Shown: piece by piece, positions 38,358 through 47,073 of the stretch
Layout: each line of letters starts with the position of its first letter
Position numbering within the stretch: position 1 is the stretch's first letter
Source: Verrucomicrobiales bacterium
GTDB lineage: Bacteria; Verrucomicrobiota; Verrucomicrobiia; Verrucomicrobiales; V1-33
DNA: 53,647 bases
Direction of reading: 5' to 3'
Assembly: GCA_031411295.1 (NCBI GenBank)
Contig: JANOAV010000156.1
Span: 1 to 53,647 of the forward strand
Translations under genes and position numbers: made by a program
The notes under the pieces: model-generated
What the model was told of the DNA's origin: nothing
Database searches by the model: none
What the model saw: the letters and a program-made list of their open reading frames with translations, nothing else

Positions 38358-39263
38358 TCATGAAAGTTGTGCCAGGATGCTGGGCACCAGCTCCGCGTCA
38401 TTCGCCATCGCTGTAAAATAGTCCGGATATCGTGGTTCCCAACCGATCCCCCGCAGCTTGGCGTTGCTGACCCGCTTGTGACTCCAGCCACGCTTCCGCG
38501 TCTCGTCAGGCACCGCGCTAGGAGGCAGTGGACGGCTAAATTTCTCGGCAAAATGCGAGTAAACCTCACGCTGGGTGAGCGGCCGGGAATCTGTCAGGTT
38601 GAACCATTGCCCAGCGATCCGTTCCTTTGTCTGCGACATCAGGAATCTCGCCGCTCCGACCACATCCGCCTGATGAATCTGGTTGATCCATCGCCCATCC
38701 GGCGTGGCCGGTGGCTGCTCCCGGGTATCGATGGTCGATTTTCCCTCCAGAAAATTGCGCAGCAACACACTCCGGCCCGGCCCATAAATTCCGCCCAACC
38801 GCAGCACCGTGCCCCCGCCCCCAATCACCAAATTTTCCGCTGCCCGCAAGATCTGGCCATTCCCGCGCTTGGGCTCCGCCTCGCTGGCTTCCGTGATCAG
38901 ACTTCCATCGATTTGTGGGTAAACACTCGTGCTGCTAGTGAAAAACAACCGCGCCCGAGGAAACGCGGTTAGCAAGTTCTGACATCCATCACGATACACC
39001 CGGGCATAATCCGCTTCCGTGCCGCCCTTTCCACTCGCGGCACAGTGGATGATCGCCTCCAAATCAGGCAAACACTGCGCCAACCGTTGGCAGGTCAGCG
39101 GATCTCCAATGTCCGCCGCAAACGCCTCCCAGCCTTGCTGGCGCAGCATTTCCGCACCCTCTTCCGAACGCGTCAGCCCCACAAAAGGGACCCCGTCGGC
39201 AAGCAAGGACACTCCCAGCGCCTTGCCGATGTAGCCGCAGCCAGCAATGAGGATTCGGGCCAT
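38358..39263 (-). CDS. NAD-dependent epimerase/dehydratase (atypical SDR)
   Basis: IAGCGYIG, TSSTSVY, LRLGGIYGPGR, NQIH..D, KRVSNAKL. Confidence 0.88.
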   Translation of the reverse strand: MARILIAGCGYIGKALGVSLLADGVPFVGLTRSEEGAEMLRQQGWEAFAADIGDPLTCQRLAQCLPDLEAIIHCAASGKGGTEADYARVYRDGCQNLLTAFPRARLFFTSSTSVYPQIDGSLITEASEAEPKRGNGQILRAAENLVIGGGGTVLRLGGIYGPGRSVLLRNFLEGKSTIDTREQPPATPDGRWINQIHQADVVGAARFLMSQTKERIAGQWFNLTDSRPLTQREVYSHFAEKFSRPLPPSAVPDETRKRGWSHKRVSNAKLRGIGWEPRYPDYFTAMANDAELVPSILAQLS

Positions 39264-39272
39264 GATGCGTGG

Positions 39273-40529
39273 TTAGCGAATTTGCCCCGTGCCGCGCACG
39301 AGGTATTTATAAGTGGTCAACTCCGGCAACCCCATCGGCCCGCGGGCGTGGAGCTTGTCGGTGCTGATGCCAATTTCACATCCGAAGCCGAACTCCCCAC
39401 CATCGTTGAATCGGGTGGAGGCATTCCAGAGACAGACCGCGCTATCCACTTCAGCCAGGAACTGCGCGGCGTTATTGGCATCCTCTGTGATAATTACATC
39501 GCTGTGTTTCGAGCCGTAGTGATTGATGTGGGCAATGGCCGCATCCAAGCTGGCCACGGTCTTCACGGAAATAATCAGGTCCAAATATTCGGTGCTCCAG
39601 TCCTCCTCCGTGGCTGGCTTCACCTTCTCAGGAAACGCCGCTTGGACCCTGGCATCTCCGCGCACTTCGACCCCTGCCGCAAACAGCGCAGGCAAGTGCT
39701 CCGCGTAAAATTTAGCCGCCACCGATTCATGCACCAGCACGGTTTCCAGCGCGTTGCAGACGCCCGGCTTCTGGCATTTCCCGTTGATGATGATTCGTTC
39801 CGCCATCGCTAAATCCGCCGCCGCATCCACATAGGCATGGCAGACGCCATCGTAGTGTTTGATCACGGGCATGCGGGCCAGCTTAACCACCGTCTCAATC
39901 AAACTCTTACCCCCACGCGGAATGATCAGGCTCACATAGGCATCCATTTCCGCCAAGTGCTGCACGCTCTCGCGATCCGTGAAAGGCACCAACTGAACGC
40001 TGTTAGCCGGCAAGCCCGCAGCCTCACCACCAGCCTGCAAGGCCGCAGCAATGGCCCGATTCGAATGAATCGCCTCCGATCCACCACGCAGGATGGTGGC
40101 ATTACCAGATTTGAAACAAAGCACCGCCGCATCGCTAGTCACGTTAGGGCGACTTTCAAAGATGATGGCAATCACCCCAATCGGCACGCGCACTTTCTCA
40201 ATCCCAATGCCGTTGGGCCTGGTCCACCGCGCCAGCGATTCTCCCACTGGGTCCGGCAGTTCCGCCACTTCCCGCACGCCTTGGGCCATGGCCGCCAGGC
40301 GTTTCCCGTCCAGCATCAGCCGATCCAGCATTGCGCTCGACAGCCCCTTTTCCTGGCCAGCGGCTAAATCCAATGCGTTGGCCGCCAAGATTTCGTCCTC
40401 GGCCGCCAACAGCTCATCGGCCATCGCTAGCAATATGGCGTTTTTCTGCCCCGACGACAACTGCGCCAGTCCTCGCGATGCAGCGAGGGCGCGTTGCCCC
40501 ATTTCATGTATTTGTTCTCGTATCGTCAC
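39273..40529 (-). CDS. proA: Glutamate-5-semialdehyde dehydrogenase
   Basis: VPIGVIAIIFESRPNVT, LRGGSEA, IIPRGG, PGVCNALE, NASTRF.DG.EFG.G.EIGIST.KLHARGPMGL. Confidence 0.97.
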   Translation of the reverse strand: MTIREQIHEMGQRALAASRGLAQLSSGQKNAILLAMADELLAAEDEILAANALDLAAGQEKGLSSAMLDRLMLDGKRLAAMAQGVREVAELPDPVGESLARWTRPNGIGIEKVRVPIGVIAIIFESRPNVTSDAAVLCFKSGNATILRGGSEAIHSNRAIAAALQAGGEAAGLPANSVQLVPFTDRESVQHLAEMDAYVSLIIPRGGKSLIETVVKLARMPVIKHYDGVCHAYVDAAADLAMAERIIINGKCQKPGVCNALETVLVHESVAAKFYAEHLPALFAAGVEVRGDARVQAAFPEKVKPATEEDWSTEYLDLIISVKTVASLDAAIAHINHYGSKHSDVIITEDANNAAQFLAEVDSAVCLWNASTRFNDGGEFGFGCEIGISTDKLHARGPMGLPELTTYKYLVRGTGQIR

Positions 40530-40544
40530 CCGGCACGCTTAGCA

Positions 40545-41666
40545 CTAAAGCTTCTCAGTGGTAGGCATTTTTCCATCTTTATAAGCGTCCAGCACTTTTT
40601 GAAATGGCGCGCGACGCCCCTCCGGTAGCGCCTCCACCGCTTCCGCCTGCAGTTGCACCGCCTCCTCCTGCTTTCCGCTAAGGAAAAGGGCCTTGGCCAA
40701 CAGCGCTTGGCACATGGGTTTGCTTTGACCTTCGGAAGTTTCCAACGCCTTGCGCGCAATCTTCTCCGCCAGCGCCGTATTCGCCTTATCCTCCGCAGCC
40801 ACATTCAGCAGCGCGCTCCCCACTTGGTATTGCATCCCCAAGCTCTCTGGATTCTCTTCGCTGATCTTGCTAGCCAGGGCATAGGCATCTTCCAGCTTCT
40901 TCTGCCCCAGGAGGATTTGCAGTTTGGGCATCACGATAAATTTGCGCTGCTGATCATTCAACGCTCCGGCAAATTTTGCCAGGGAGGCTTCGGCGGTGGT
41001 CCAGTCCTTTTCCCGAATCGCCTTGCTCAGCGCTTGTTGCGCAACTGAAACTTCTTTGCGTTTGACCGCATCCGCCGAATCATGCTCCGCCGCTGCTTCT
41101 TTGGCCGCCGCGGCTTCCTTGGCCGCCGCAGCAGCATCGTAGGTTCCCGCCAGAATATCACCGATCATTCTCTCGCTCATCTGCCCCGGATGTCCTACCC
41201 AGGCCAGTTTCTGATCCTTCCCCACAATGAAGGCACAAGGAATCCCCCTCTGCGCAGCAGCCGTCATCCAATTGGTGCTCATGGCTCCGGCCTTGTCGGA
41301 TTTATTATCGTCCAGCGCCACTCGATACTGCATCTTCTCCCCCATTTTCTTGACGAAGGGTTCTACTGTAGCCTCGTCCTCTCCCAGATTTAAACCAATC
41401 ACCACCAGTCCCTGATCCTTAAATTTTTTCTGAATTTCGTTCACGTGCGGAATCGTGGCCACGCACGGTCCGCACCAAGTGGCCCAGAACTCGACGATGT
41501 AGGCATTGTCTTTGCTGAACTCTTTGACTTCTTCCCCTTGGACGAATTTCCCACAGGTCAGCGCAGGCGCAGGATCGCCCACCATGAGTTGCGGGGCCGG
41601 CCGGGTTTCCTGGGCACAAGCGATTCCCAAGGTGGCGGAGAGAAACAGAGCTGGGAGTAATTTCAT
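40545..41666 (-). CDS. TlpA/redoxin-family thiol-disulfide oxidoreductase with helical (TPR-like) C-terminus
   Basis: Start at ATG 41666, signal peptide, VEFWATWCGPC, GIPCAFIV, W.GHP. Confidence 0.85.
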   Translation of the reverse strand: MKLLPALFLSATLGIACAQETRPAPQLMVGDPAPALTCGKFVQGEEVKEFSKDNAYIVEFWATWCGPCVATIPHVNEIQKKFKDQGLVVIGLNLGEDEATVEPFVKKMGEKMQYRVALDDNKSDKAGAMSTNWMTAAAQRGIPCAFIVGKDQKLAWVGHPGQMSERMIGDILAGTYDAAAAAKEAAAAKEAAAEHDSADAVKRKEVSVAQQALSKAIREKDWTTAEASLAKFAGALNDQQRKFIVMPKLQILLGQKKLEDAYALASKISEENPESLGMQYQVGSALLNVAAEDKANTALAEKIARKALETSEGQSKPMCQALLAKALFLSGKQEEAVQLQAEAVEALPEGRRAPFQKVLDAYKDGKMPTTEKL

Positions 41667-41768
41667 AATGCGCGAACGTGGCACAACTTCGCCCGCGCGA
41701 CAAGCACGGAGAGATATACCGCCGAATAAACGGAAGGTGTAACCGAGCGATGAAGGCGTTCATTCGGT

Positions 41769-41797
41769 TTGACTTAATATTTAATCGCATTTATTGT
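41769..41797 (+). promoter_or_regulatory. Candidate sigma70 promoter ending 7 nt before the acyltransferase ATG
   Basis: TTGACT-N17-TATTGT-AATTTCC-ATG. Confidence 0.5.
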
Positions 41798-41804
41798 AAT
41801 TTCC

Positions 41805-43013
41805 ATGATTAACAGGAATGAAAATGATTTCATCCAGGGTGAGGGCACCACTTTAGATCGCGCACATTACTTGGATTCTGCCCGAGGATTTGCCGCGCTC
41901 ACGGTGGTCGCCAGCCATATGGTGTGCGCTTATGGGGTGCCCGAAATTCTCACCAATCGGCAACATCGGCTCCATCTGCTGTGGCACGGAGAGGCGGCGG
42001 TGCAATTCTTCTTCGTGCTCAGCGGGTTCGTCCTGTCGTTGTCTCTCTTTCAGACCAAGGATGAAAAAATGCCCTCCATTCTTGGATTCACCATTCGACG
42101 AGTTTTTCGGATTTACCCTGCGTTCTGGGCGGCCCTGCTCCTCACCGTGGGGGGCCAGTGGATGGCCTCGTGGGGACCGCAGGACTTCCCCCTCCACCAG
42201 ACGCATTGGTGGGCGGTGGGGTGGGCGCAACCAGCGGATATCTGGCAGTTTTTGCGCGAAGCCAGCATCATCGACAGCAGTCAAAAATGTCAGATCATTC
42301 CGCCCGGTTGGACGCTGAATATTGAGATCATTTACTCCATTCTCATTCCCGTTCTGGCCGCCTTGTGTCGTCGCCAGACGGCCACATTTTGCCTCGTTTT
42401 ACTGGTCCTCGTGAAAGGCCTCAACGTTAGTCCATTGCTGCTTTCCTTCAGCCTGGGTATCCTCATCGCGAAATTCAGCGCGCAGTGGATCGCCAGTTGG
42501 CGCACCGCCACGAAGGTGTCTAAATTTTTCCTGCTGTTCGTGGCCCTCATCCTCTACTCCTATCGCTCCGATTTCGACAGTATCCATGGGTTGTTCCGCG
42601 TGGCCGTGCTCTCCTTAGGAAATCCCCAGACGGCCGGTTCCGGGCTGCTCCTCCTAGTTTTACTTGGCTCCAAATCGCTCCAGCGCCTCTTCGAGTGGAA
42701 GCCGTTCGTCTTCATCGGCAAACTCTCCTACGGCATCTACCTGATCCACACGGTGGTCCTCCTCGCAGTGTTGCCTTGGATCAGCCTGGGCCTAGCCCAA
42801 CTCGGCCTGCAAAATCCTACCACCATCTGGTTCGCGTGCTTGGCGCTGGCCATCCTGATCTGCGCTCTCATCGCCTACCCCATCTGGCGCTGGGTGGAAA
42901 TGCCTCTGAATCGTCTGGGTAAAAAGGTCGCCACCCGTTTCTCAACTCGTTTTGAATCCCAGCAGGCTCTCGCAACCGATGCGCTCGAAAACTACAAAAC
43001 GCAACTTGGCTAG
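41805..43013 (+). CDS. Acyltransferase family 3 (O-acyltransferase) membrane protein
   Basis: LDSARG.AA..VV.SH, AVQFFFVLSGFVL, RRVFRIYP, WTLNIE, GKLSYGIYLIH, WVEMP. Confidence 0.92.
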   Translation: MINRNENDFIQGEGTTLDRAHYLDSARGFAALTVVASHMVCAYGVPEILTNRQHRLHLLWHGEAAVQFFFVLSGFVLSLSLFQTKDEKMPSILGFTIRRVFRIYPAFWAALLLTVGGQWMASWGPQDFPLHQTHWWAVGWAQPADIWQFLREASIIDSSQKCQIIPPGWTLNIEIIYSILIPVLAALCRRQTATFCLVLLVLVKGLNVSPLLLSFSLGILIAKFSAQWIASWRTATKVSKFFLLFVALILYSYRSDFDSIHGLFRVAVLSLGNPQTAGSGLLLLVLLGSKSLQRLFEWKPFVFIGKLSYGIYLIHTVVLLAVLPWISLGLAQLGLQNPTTIWFACLALAILICALIAYPIWRWVEMPLNRLGKKVATRFSTRFESQQALATDALENYKTQLG

Positions 43014-43119
43014 AAACACCGCCCGGAGGTCTCACCGGGCGAGCCTCTCCCGTAACGATAAATTACCGTGTTCCTGAAATTTCGGTTTTCTTTAGTATTT
43101 TTTGTGTTTTATTTCACAA

Positions 43120-43632
43120 ATGATCCGATTAGCTCATTTTTTAAAAATTCCCTTCCTTTCGCTAGGGTGCTTGGGAGCCACCGTGAGTTGCTCCAGCTAC
43201 CATAGCACCACCGAATGTTACCATGGACCGCCGGCCCACCTTGCGGGTGGTTTTGCCCAGGCCCCACCGCAGGCTCCGGCAGCCGTGCACCGGGCCATTG
43301 CCGCGGGTAACAACATTCAAAATGCGCCATATCAATATGGCGGAGGGCACGGCAAACCCTGCTATGGCTTGGATTGCTCAGGCTCAGTGTCCTACGTCCT
43401 CCGCTCCTGCGGACTCGTCAAAGGTGCCTTGGCGTCAAAGGGTTTCCGCAGTTATGGCGAAAGCGGTCCAGGCGATTGGATCTCCATTTACGCCAAAGAC
43501 GGCCACGTCTTCATGACCGTCTGTAACCTCCGCCTCGACACCAGCAGCGCAGGCAAGGACGTCGGACCACGCTGGACGATGATGCCGCGCAAGTTGAGTG
43601 GGTTCCGCGTGCGCCATCCCAGCGGATTATAA
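43120..43632 (+). CDS. NlpC/P60-like peptidoglycan endopeptidase, probable lipoprotein
   Basis: PYQYGGGH, LDCSGSVSYVL (catalytic Cys), GHVFM (His); GATVSC lipobox-like. Confidence 0.8.
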   Translation: MIRLAHFLKIPFLSLGCLGATVSCSSYHSTTECYHGPPAHLAGGFAQAPPQAPAAVHRAIAAGNNIQNAPYQYGGGHGKPCYGLDCSGSVSYVLRSCGLVKGALASKGFRSYGESGPGDWISIYAKDGHVFMTVCNLRLDTSSAGKDVGPRWTMMPRKLSGFRVRHPSGL

Positions 43633-43633
43633 T

Positions 43634-44176
43634 TTACGGAGCTGGAGCGGGAGGAGTTGGCCCCGGCCCACCCAGCAGGTAGGCTACCTCGCGTTGCACC
43701 GGCTCCAATTCCCAGAGCTTCAGTTCGGGGTCTCGGATGATGAAGACTTCTCCAGTTTTGTTTTGCTCGTAGATTAAATAAGTGGATTCTGGGGTTTCCC
43801 GGGTTCCCGTTTGCTTCAAATTTTTCTTCCGTTCCAGCATGATTGCGAGCACGAAGCGCGTGTTCTCGGTCAAGGGACTGTCTTCTTCGATCAACCTCCG
43901 CAGCAACGTTTCCGCTGTCTGCTTTTCCACGATTTGCGCTTTGGGATCATGCGTCGGGGCTTCGTATTTGGAGCGCCAATGCGAATGCGGGGGCTGATCC
44001 AACGTAGCCTCCACTGCCTTCCAGCCTGCTTCCGAATAGTCCTTCCGCACTAATTCCGCCGTGACCGGGTCTTCAAACAACGCCGTGTAGAAATACTCCC
44101 CATCGACAAATTTCGTTGCCGTGTGGGCGCATTCATGGGCGCGCGATTTGATATTCCAGTTTTCATTGATAGCCAT
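43634..44176 (-). CDS. Hypothetical protein
   Basis: Intact 180-aa ORF with ATG and globular composition, same strand as the upstream ThiF-family gene. Confidence 0.75.
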   Translation of the reverse strand: MAINENWNIKSRAHECAHTATKFVDGEYFYTALFEDPVTAELVRKDYSEAGWKAVEATLDQPPHSHWRSKYEAPTHDPKAQIVEKQTAETLLRRLIEEDSPLTENTRFVLAIMLERKKNLKQTGTRETPESTYLIYEQNKTGEVFIIRDPELKLWELEPVQREVAYLLGGPGPTPPAPAP

Positions 44177-44235
44177 GCCTGTTCATGGCGTGGCTGGTGG
44201 GAAAATCAAGCCCCACTGTGGGCTCACGCCGCCCA

Positions 44236-44988
44236 TCACGACCCACCGCAAACCCCACAATCCAAATCCCACGGCAACTGCACAGTTCTAAACTGCGAAC
44301 GCCGCAGATCCCCTGCCACCATTTTCCCAATCAGCGATTCCCCCACCCCAGTGAGCAATTTAATGATCTCCGCAGCCGCCAACGCCCCCGTCATCCCGGC
44401 CACTGCTCCGAAGACTGGAAACTTTCGTTGCCACCAGTCGGGGGCCTCTGGGCACAAGCAGCGAAAGCATCCCGAGCGACCGCGTTGAAATGCCGCCACT
44501 TGAAATTCAAAATCATACATTGCAGCATGAACCAACGGCTTCCCCGCACGCATGGCAGCGACATTCATGGCGTAGCGTTCCGCAAACAGTGGAGCCGCAC
44601 TGGCGATCACATCCGCCTGTGAGACTAACGCATCCGCATTGGCATCGGAAACATTCGCGTCCACCGTCTCTACAGCAATGTCAGGATTTAGTTCCCTCAA
44701 CCGACGTTCAATCAGTCCCACGCGGGCCTGCCCCAGCCCATCATCCCGCATCAGAATCTGCCGATTCAAATCCGACTTCCGCAACTTGCCACCATGAGCT
44801 ATGATCAACCGACCCACCCCAGCCACCGCCAGTTGCTGAGCAATCGCCCCGCCCACTCCCCCGCAGCGCGAAACCAACACCGTGGCCGCCTTCAGGCGTT
44901 GCTGCCCAGCTTCGCCCACGCCATCACTGGCCATCTGCCATTCGTAGCGGTCACGGTCCGATTCTGTTAGCTCTGGTAAATTCTTCAC
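44236..44988 (-). CDS. HesA/MoeB/ThiF-family adenylyltransferase
   Basis: Start moved to GTG 44988. RYEWQM...GEAGQQRLK, atypical SRCGGVG loop, SDLNRQIL, two CxxC motifs (CFRC, CGVC). Confidence 0.88.
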   Translation of the reverse strand: MKNLPELTESDRDRYEWQMASDGVGEAGQQRLKAATVLVSRCGGVGGAIAQQLAVAGVGRLIIAHGGKLRKSDLNRQILMRDDGLGQARVGLIERRLRELNPDIAVETVDANVSDANADALVSQADVIASAAPLFAERYAMNVAAMRAGKPLVHAAMYDFEFQVAAFQRGRSGCFRCLCPEAPDWWQRKFPVFGAVAGMTGALAAAEIIKLLTGVGESLIGKMVAGDLRRSQFRTVQLPWDLDCGVCGGS

Positions 44989-45104
44989 CTCGTCTCCATA
45001 AGCACCATCACCCCAATTTCCAAGCGCAAAATGGTAATTGATAGGATGGTGTGGACTGCCTCGCGCAACTCCCGTTGCGTAGCGGCTTCTGATTGCTCCA
45101 CCCA

Positions 45105-45323
45105 AAATGGATCAATGCTACAGGCCGCCTCCTCCGCATCGACCGATTCCCTCCCCAGCAAACTATAAACCCCAGCGCCAAACCCGGGGAATGGCCGCAG
45201 AATCCCACTGTCCTCCAGTGCTTTGACTCGTGCGTTGAACTCTCCTAAGCTGGCAAATTCCTTTAGTATTCTGTCAATTTTCACATCGAGATATTTTTTT
45301 GTCGAATACAATCTGCTTGTCAC
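45105..45323 (-). pseudogene. Fragment resembling the N-terminal region of an AbiEi-family (type IV TA) antitoxin
   Basis: SRLYSTKKY..VKIDRI.KEFA....FN..V..L...GIL....GF...VYSLLGR.......ACSIDPF, breaking off where Y.SH.SA would be expected; assignment from recollection of the family. Confidence 0.45.
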
Positions 45324-45360
45324 AACTCACTTTATTGGTGAAGTATCGCGACTTAAAATT

Positions 45361-46581
45361 ATGAAAATCTCAGCACTGCGTCAGGTCATTTTGGTTGGTG
45401 GGACCGTTCTTATTTCCCAACTCCCCAGCTGTTCGCTGCCCGGATCCATGCGTGGGGCCGCCTTTGCACCACGAGCCGATATCGTGGGAACTGCGGACGA
45501 GGACGGATCCGAAATCAGGCGAGCCCAATTGGATGAGGCCGCGGTGGTCACAGGCTCGTTCATGACGGACCTTAATGACTCCGCGCGCTACCTTGCAGGC
45601 CTGCCTGGGGGCTTCAACTCCCCGCTGAGTTCGCTGCGCCAGACCGAACGTTGGCGGTTGCACCAAGCCAACGTGAATGAGTTGTGGCGACAATTTTCCG
45701 GCTATCGGCAGCCCCGCATCGATTCCTGGGCGCGACGGGAACTCGGCAATCTGCGCCAGCAGGATACCTTGTTTTATCCTTTCAGCGGGCCGGACATCCT
45801 GTTTGCCAATGCTTTCTTCCCCAATGCTAACAACTACATTCTCTGCGGTTTGGAGGGGACCGATGCGCTGCCCGAATTAGCGAGCTTGTCCAACGAGCAG
45901 CGGGAGTCCGGCTTGGATGGTATCTACACCTCCATTACTACTGCGCTGAACTGTAGCTTCTTCATTACCAAGGACATGCGGGTGGATCTTCAGCGCACCG
46001 CCTTCAAAGGCACCCTGCCCATCATGCTCGTATTCCTGGCCCGCCAAGGCACCGACATCCAGTCGGTGGTGCCCATTGAACTGGATGCAGCGGGAAATGT
46101 CCGCGACTTGCCGCCCGGAAGTGCTTCCCGCGCCTTTGTCATCCGGTGCCGATCCCTTTTTGGCCGCTCGAAGAGCATTTACTATTTCCAGCAGAACCTA
46201 GCCGACGATGGTCTGGCCGGCAGCCCGAAGTTCGGGCGCTTCCTGGCCCACTTTGGGAACTACGCCACCTATATCAAGAGTGCGTCCTATCTGATGCACT
46301 CGGACGAGTTCTCCTCCATTCGATCGCTACTGCTGCGTCAGAGCGCGGGCATCCTCCAGGACGATAGCGGGATCCCCTTCCGTGCCTTCGATCCCCGAAC
46401 TTGGGACGTGCGACTCTATGGCAAATACACCGGCGTGCTGGATATCTTCCAATCCTACTATCAAGCCGATCTCCTCAACGCCTACAGCGGAAATAACTAT
46501 CGCGTATCGGATATCGATTTCGGACTGGGCTACAAGTTCGAAGCGGGCTACTCGAACTTGCAGTTAGGCGTGCGGAAATAG
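45361..46581 (+). CDS. Hypothetical exported protein/lipoprotein
   Basis: Start at ATG 45361 with signal-like N-terminus ending LPSC; conserved-looking blocks LFYPFSGPD, SFFITKDM, KSASYLMH, ILQDDSGIP. Confidence 0.75.
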   Translation: MKISALRQVILVGGTVLISQLPSCSLPGSMRGAAFAPRADIVGTADEDGSEIRRAQLDEAAVVTGSFMTDLNDSARYLAGLPGGFNSPLSSLRQTERWRLHQANVNELWRQFSGYRQPRIDSWARRELGNLRQQDTLFYPFSGPDILFANAFFPNANNYILCGLEGTDALPELASLSNEQRESGLDGIYTSITTALNCSFFITKDMRVDLQRTAFKGTLPIMLVFLARQGTDIQSVVPIELDAAGNVRDLPPGSASRAFVIRCRSLFGRSKSIYYFQQNLADDGLAGSPKFGRFLAHFGNYATYIKSASYLMHSDEFSSIRSLLLRQSAGILQDDSGIPFRAFDPRTWDVRLYGKYTGVLDIFQSYYQADLLNAYSGNNYRVSDIDFGLGYKFEAGYSNLQLGVRK

Positions 46582-46595
46582 CACGACTGAGGAGC

Positions 46596-46644
46596 AAAAA
46601 ACTGGGCGGATGGGAAACTGAACTCATTTGCCCCCCATCCGCCC
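46596..46644 (-). terminator. Probable intrinsic terminator between convergent genes
   Basis: 11-bp stem GGGCGGATGGG/CCCATCCGCCC followed on the minus strand by AG-T6. Confidence 0.55.
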
Positions 46645-46731
46645 TTCTGCCCACTCAGGCAGAAAATTTGTTTTTCATCAGGAATAGGCTTCCATGGCAA
46701 CCTTAAGTCCCCGTGAAGCGGGCCCGATAGA

Positions 46732-46932
46732 TCATCTAAAGCGATGCATCCTCAGGTGCATCCGCGAGCCAGGAAACGTAGAGTCGGCCGGAGGACGCGG
46801 TTTTGCTTCCGAGGTCTTCGTGGTCTCAGCAGGTGGTGGCTTCGACGCAGCAGCTGCGGGCGGTTTGACTTGGGCACAATTTGCCAAAGCTAGTGGCAGC
46901 AGCAAAAAATAGGAACGGAGGGATGTCACCAT
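46732..46932 (-). CDS. Small putative lipoprotein
   Basis: MVTSLRSYFLLLPLALAN-C lipobox-like signal, Pro/Ala-rich linker, basic tail; terminator-like hairpin downstream. Confidence 0.5.
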   Translation of the reverse strand: MVTSLRSYFLLLPLALANCAQVKPPAAAASKPPPAETTKTSEAKPRPPADSTFPGSRMHLRMHRFR

Positions 46933-47073
46933 GGGGAGGATTTAAGGATGAGGGCAGATCTTGCCGAAGTGCGGCCAATTTGACAATCCTATTATTCGCC
47001 AAATGCTATGCGCGGCTCGTGACTTCTCCCAATTTCCACTTTCCGCCGGAAAAAATCTGATTACACTTCGGCC

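Noticed and set aside
43020..43041. Hairpin CGCCCGG-N8-CCGGGCG after the acyltransferase
   Set aside because: Short, no T-tract and no second copy seen; cannot be called a terminator or REP
44989..45360. Long N-terminal extensions given by the ORF track for the ThiF gene (to 45105) and the 45223 ORF
   Set aside because: Family-like sequence or signal peptide begins at 44988 and 45361 respectively; extensions overlap the relic fragment
46980..47010. TTGACA upstream of the Hsp70 gene as promoter or heat-shock element
   Set aside because: No convincing -10 at 16-18 bp spacing and no CIRCE-like inverted repeat
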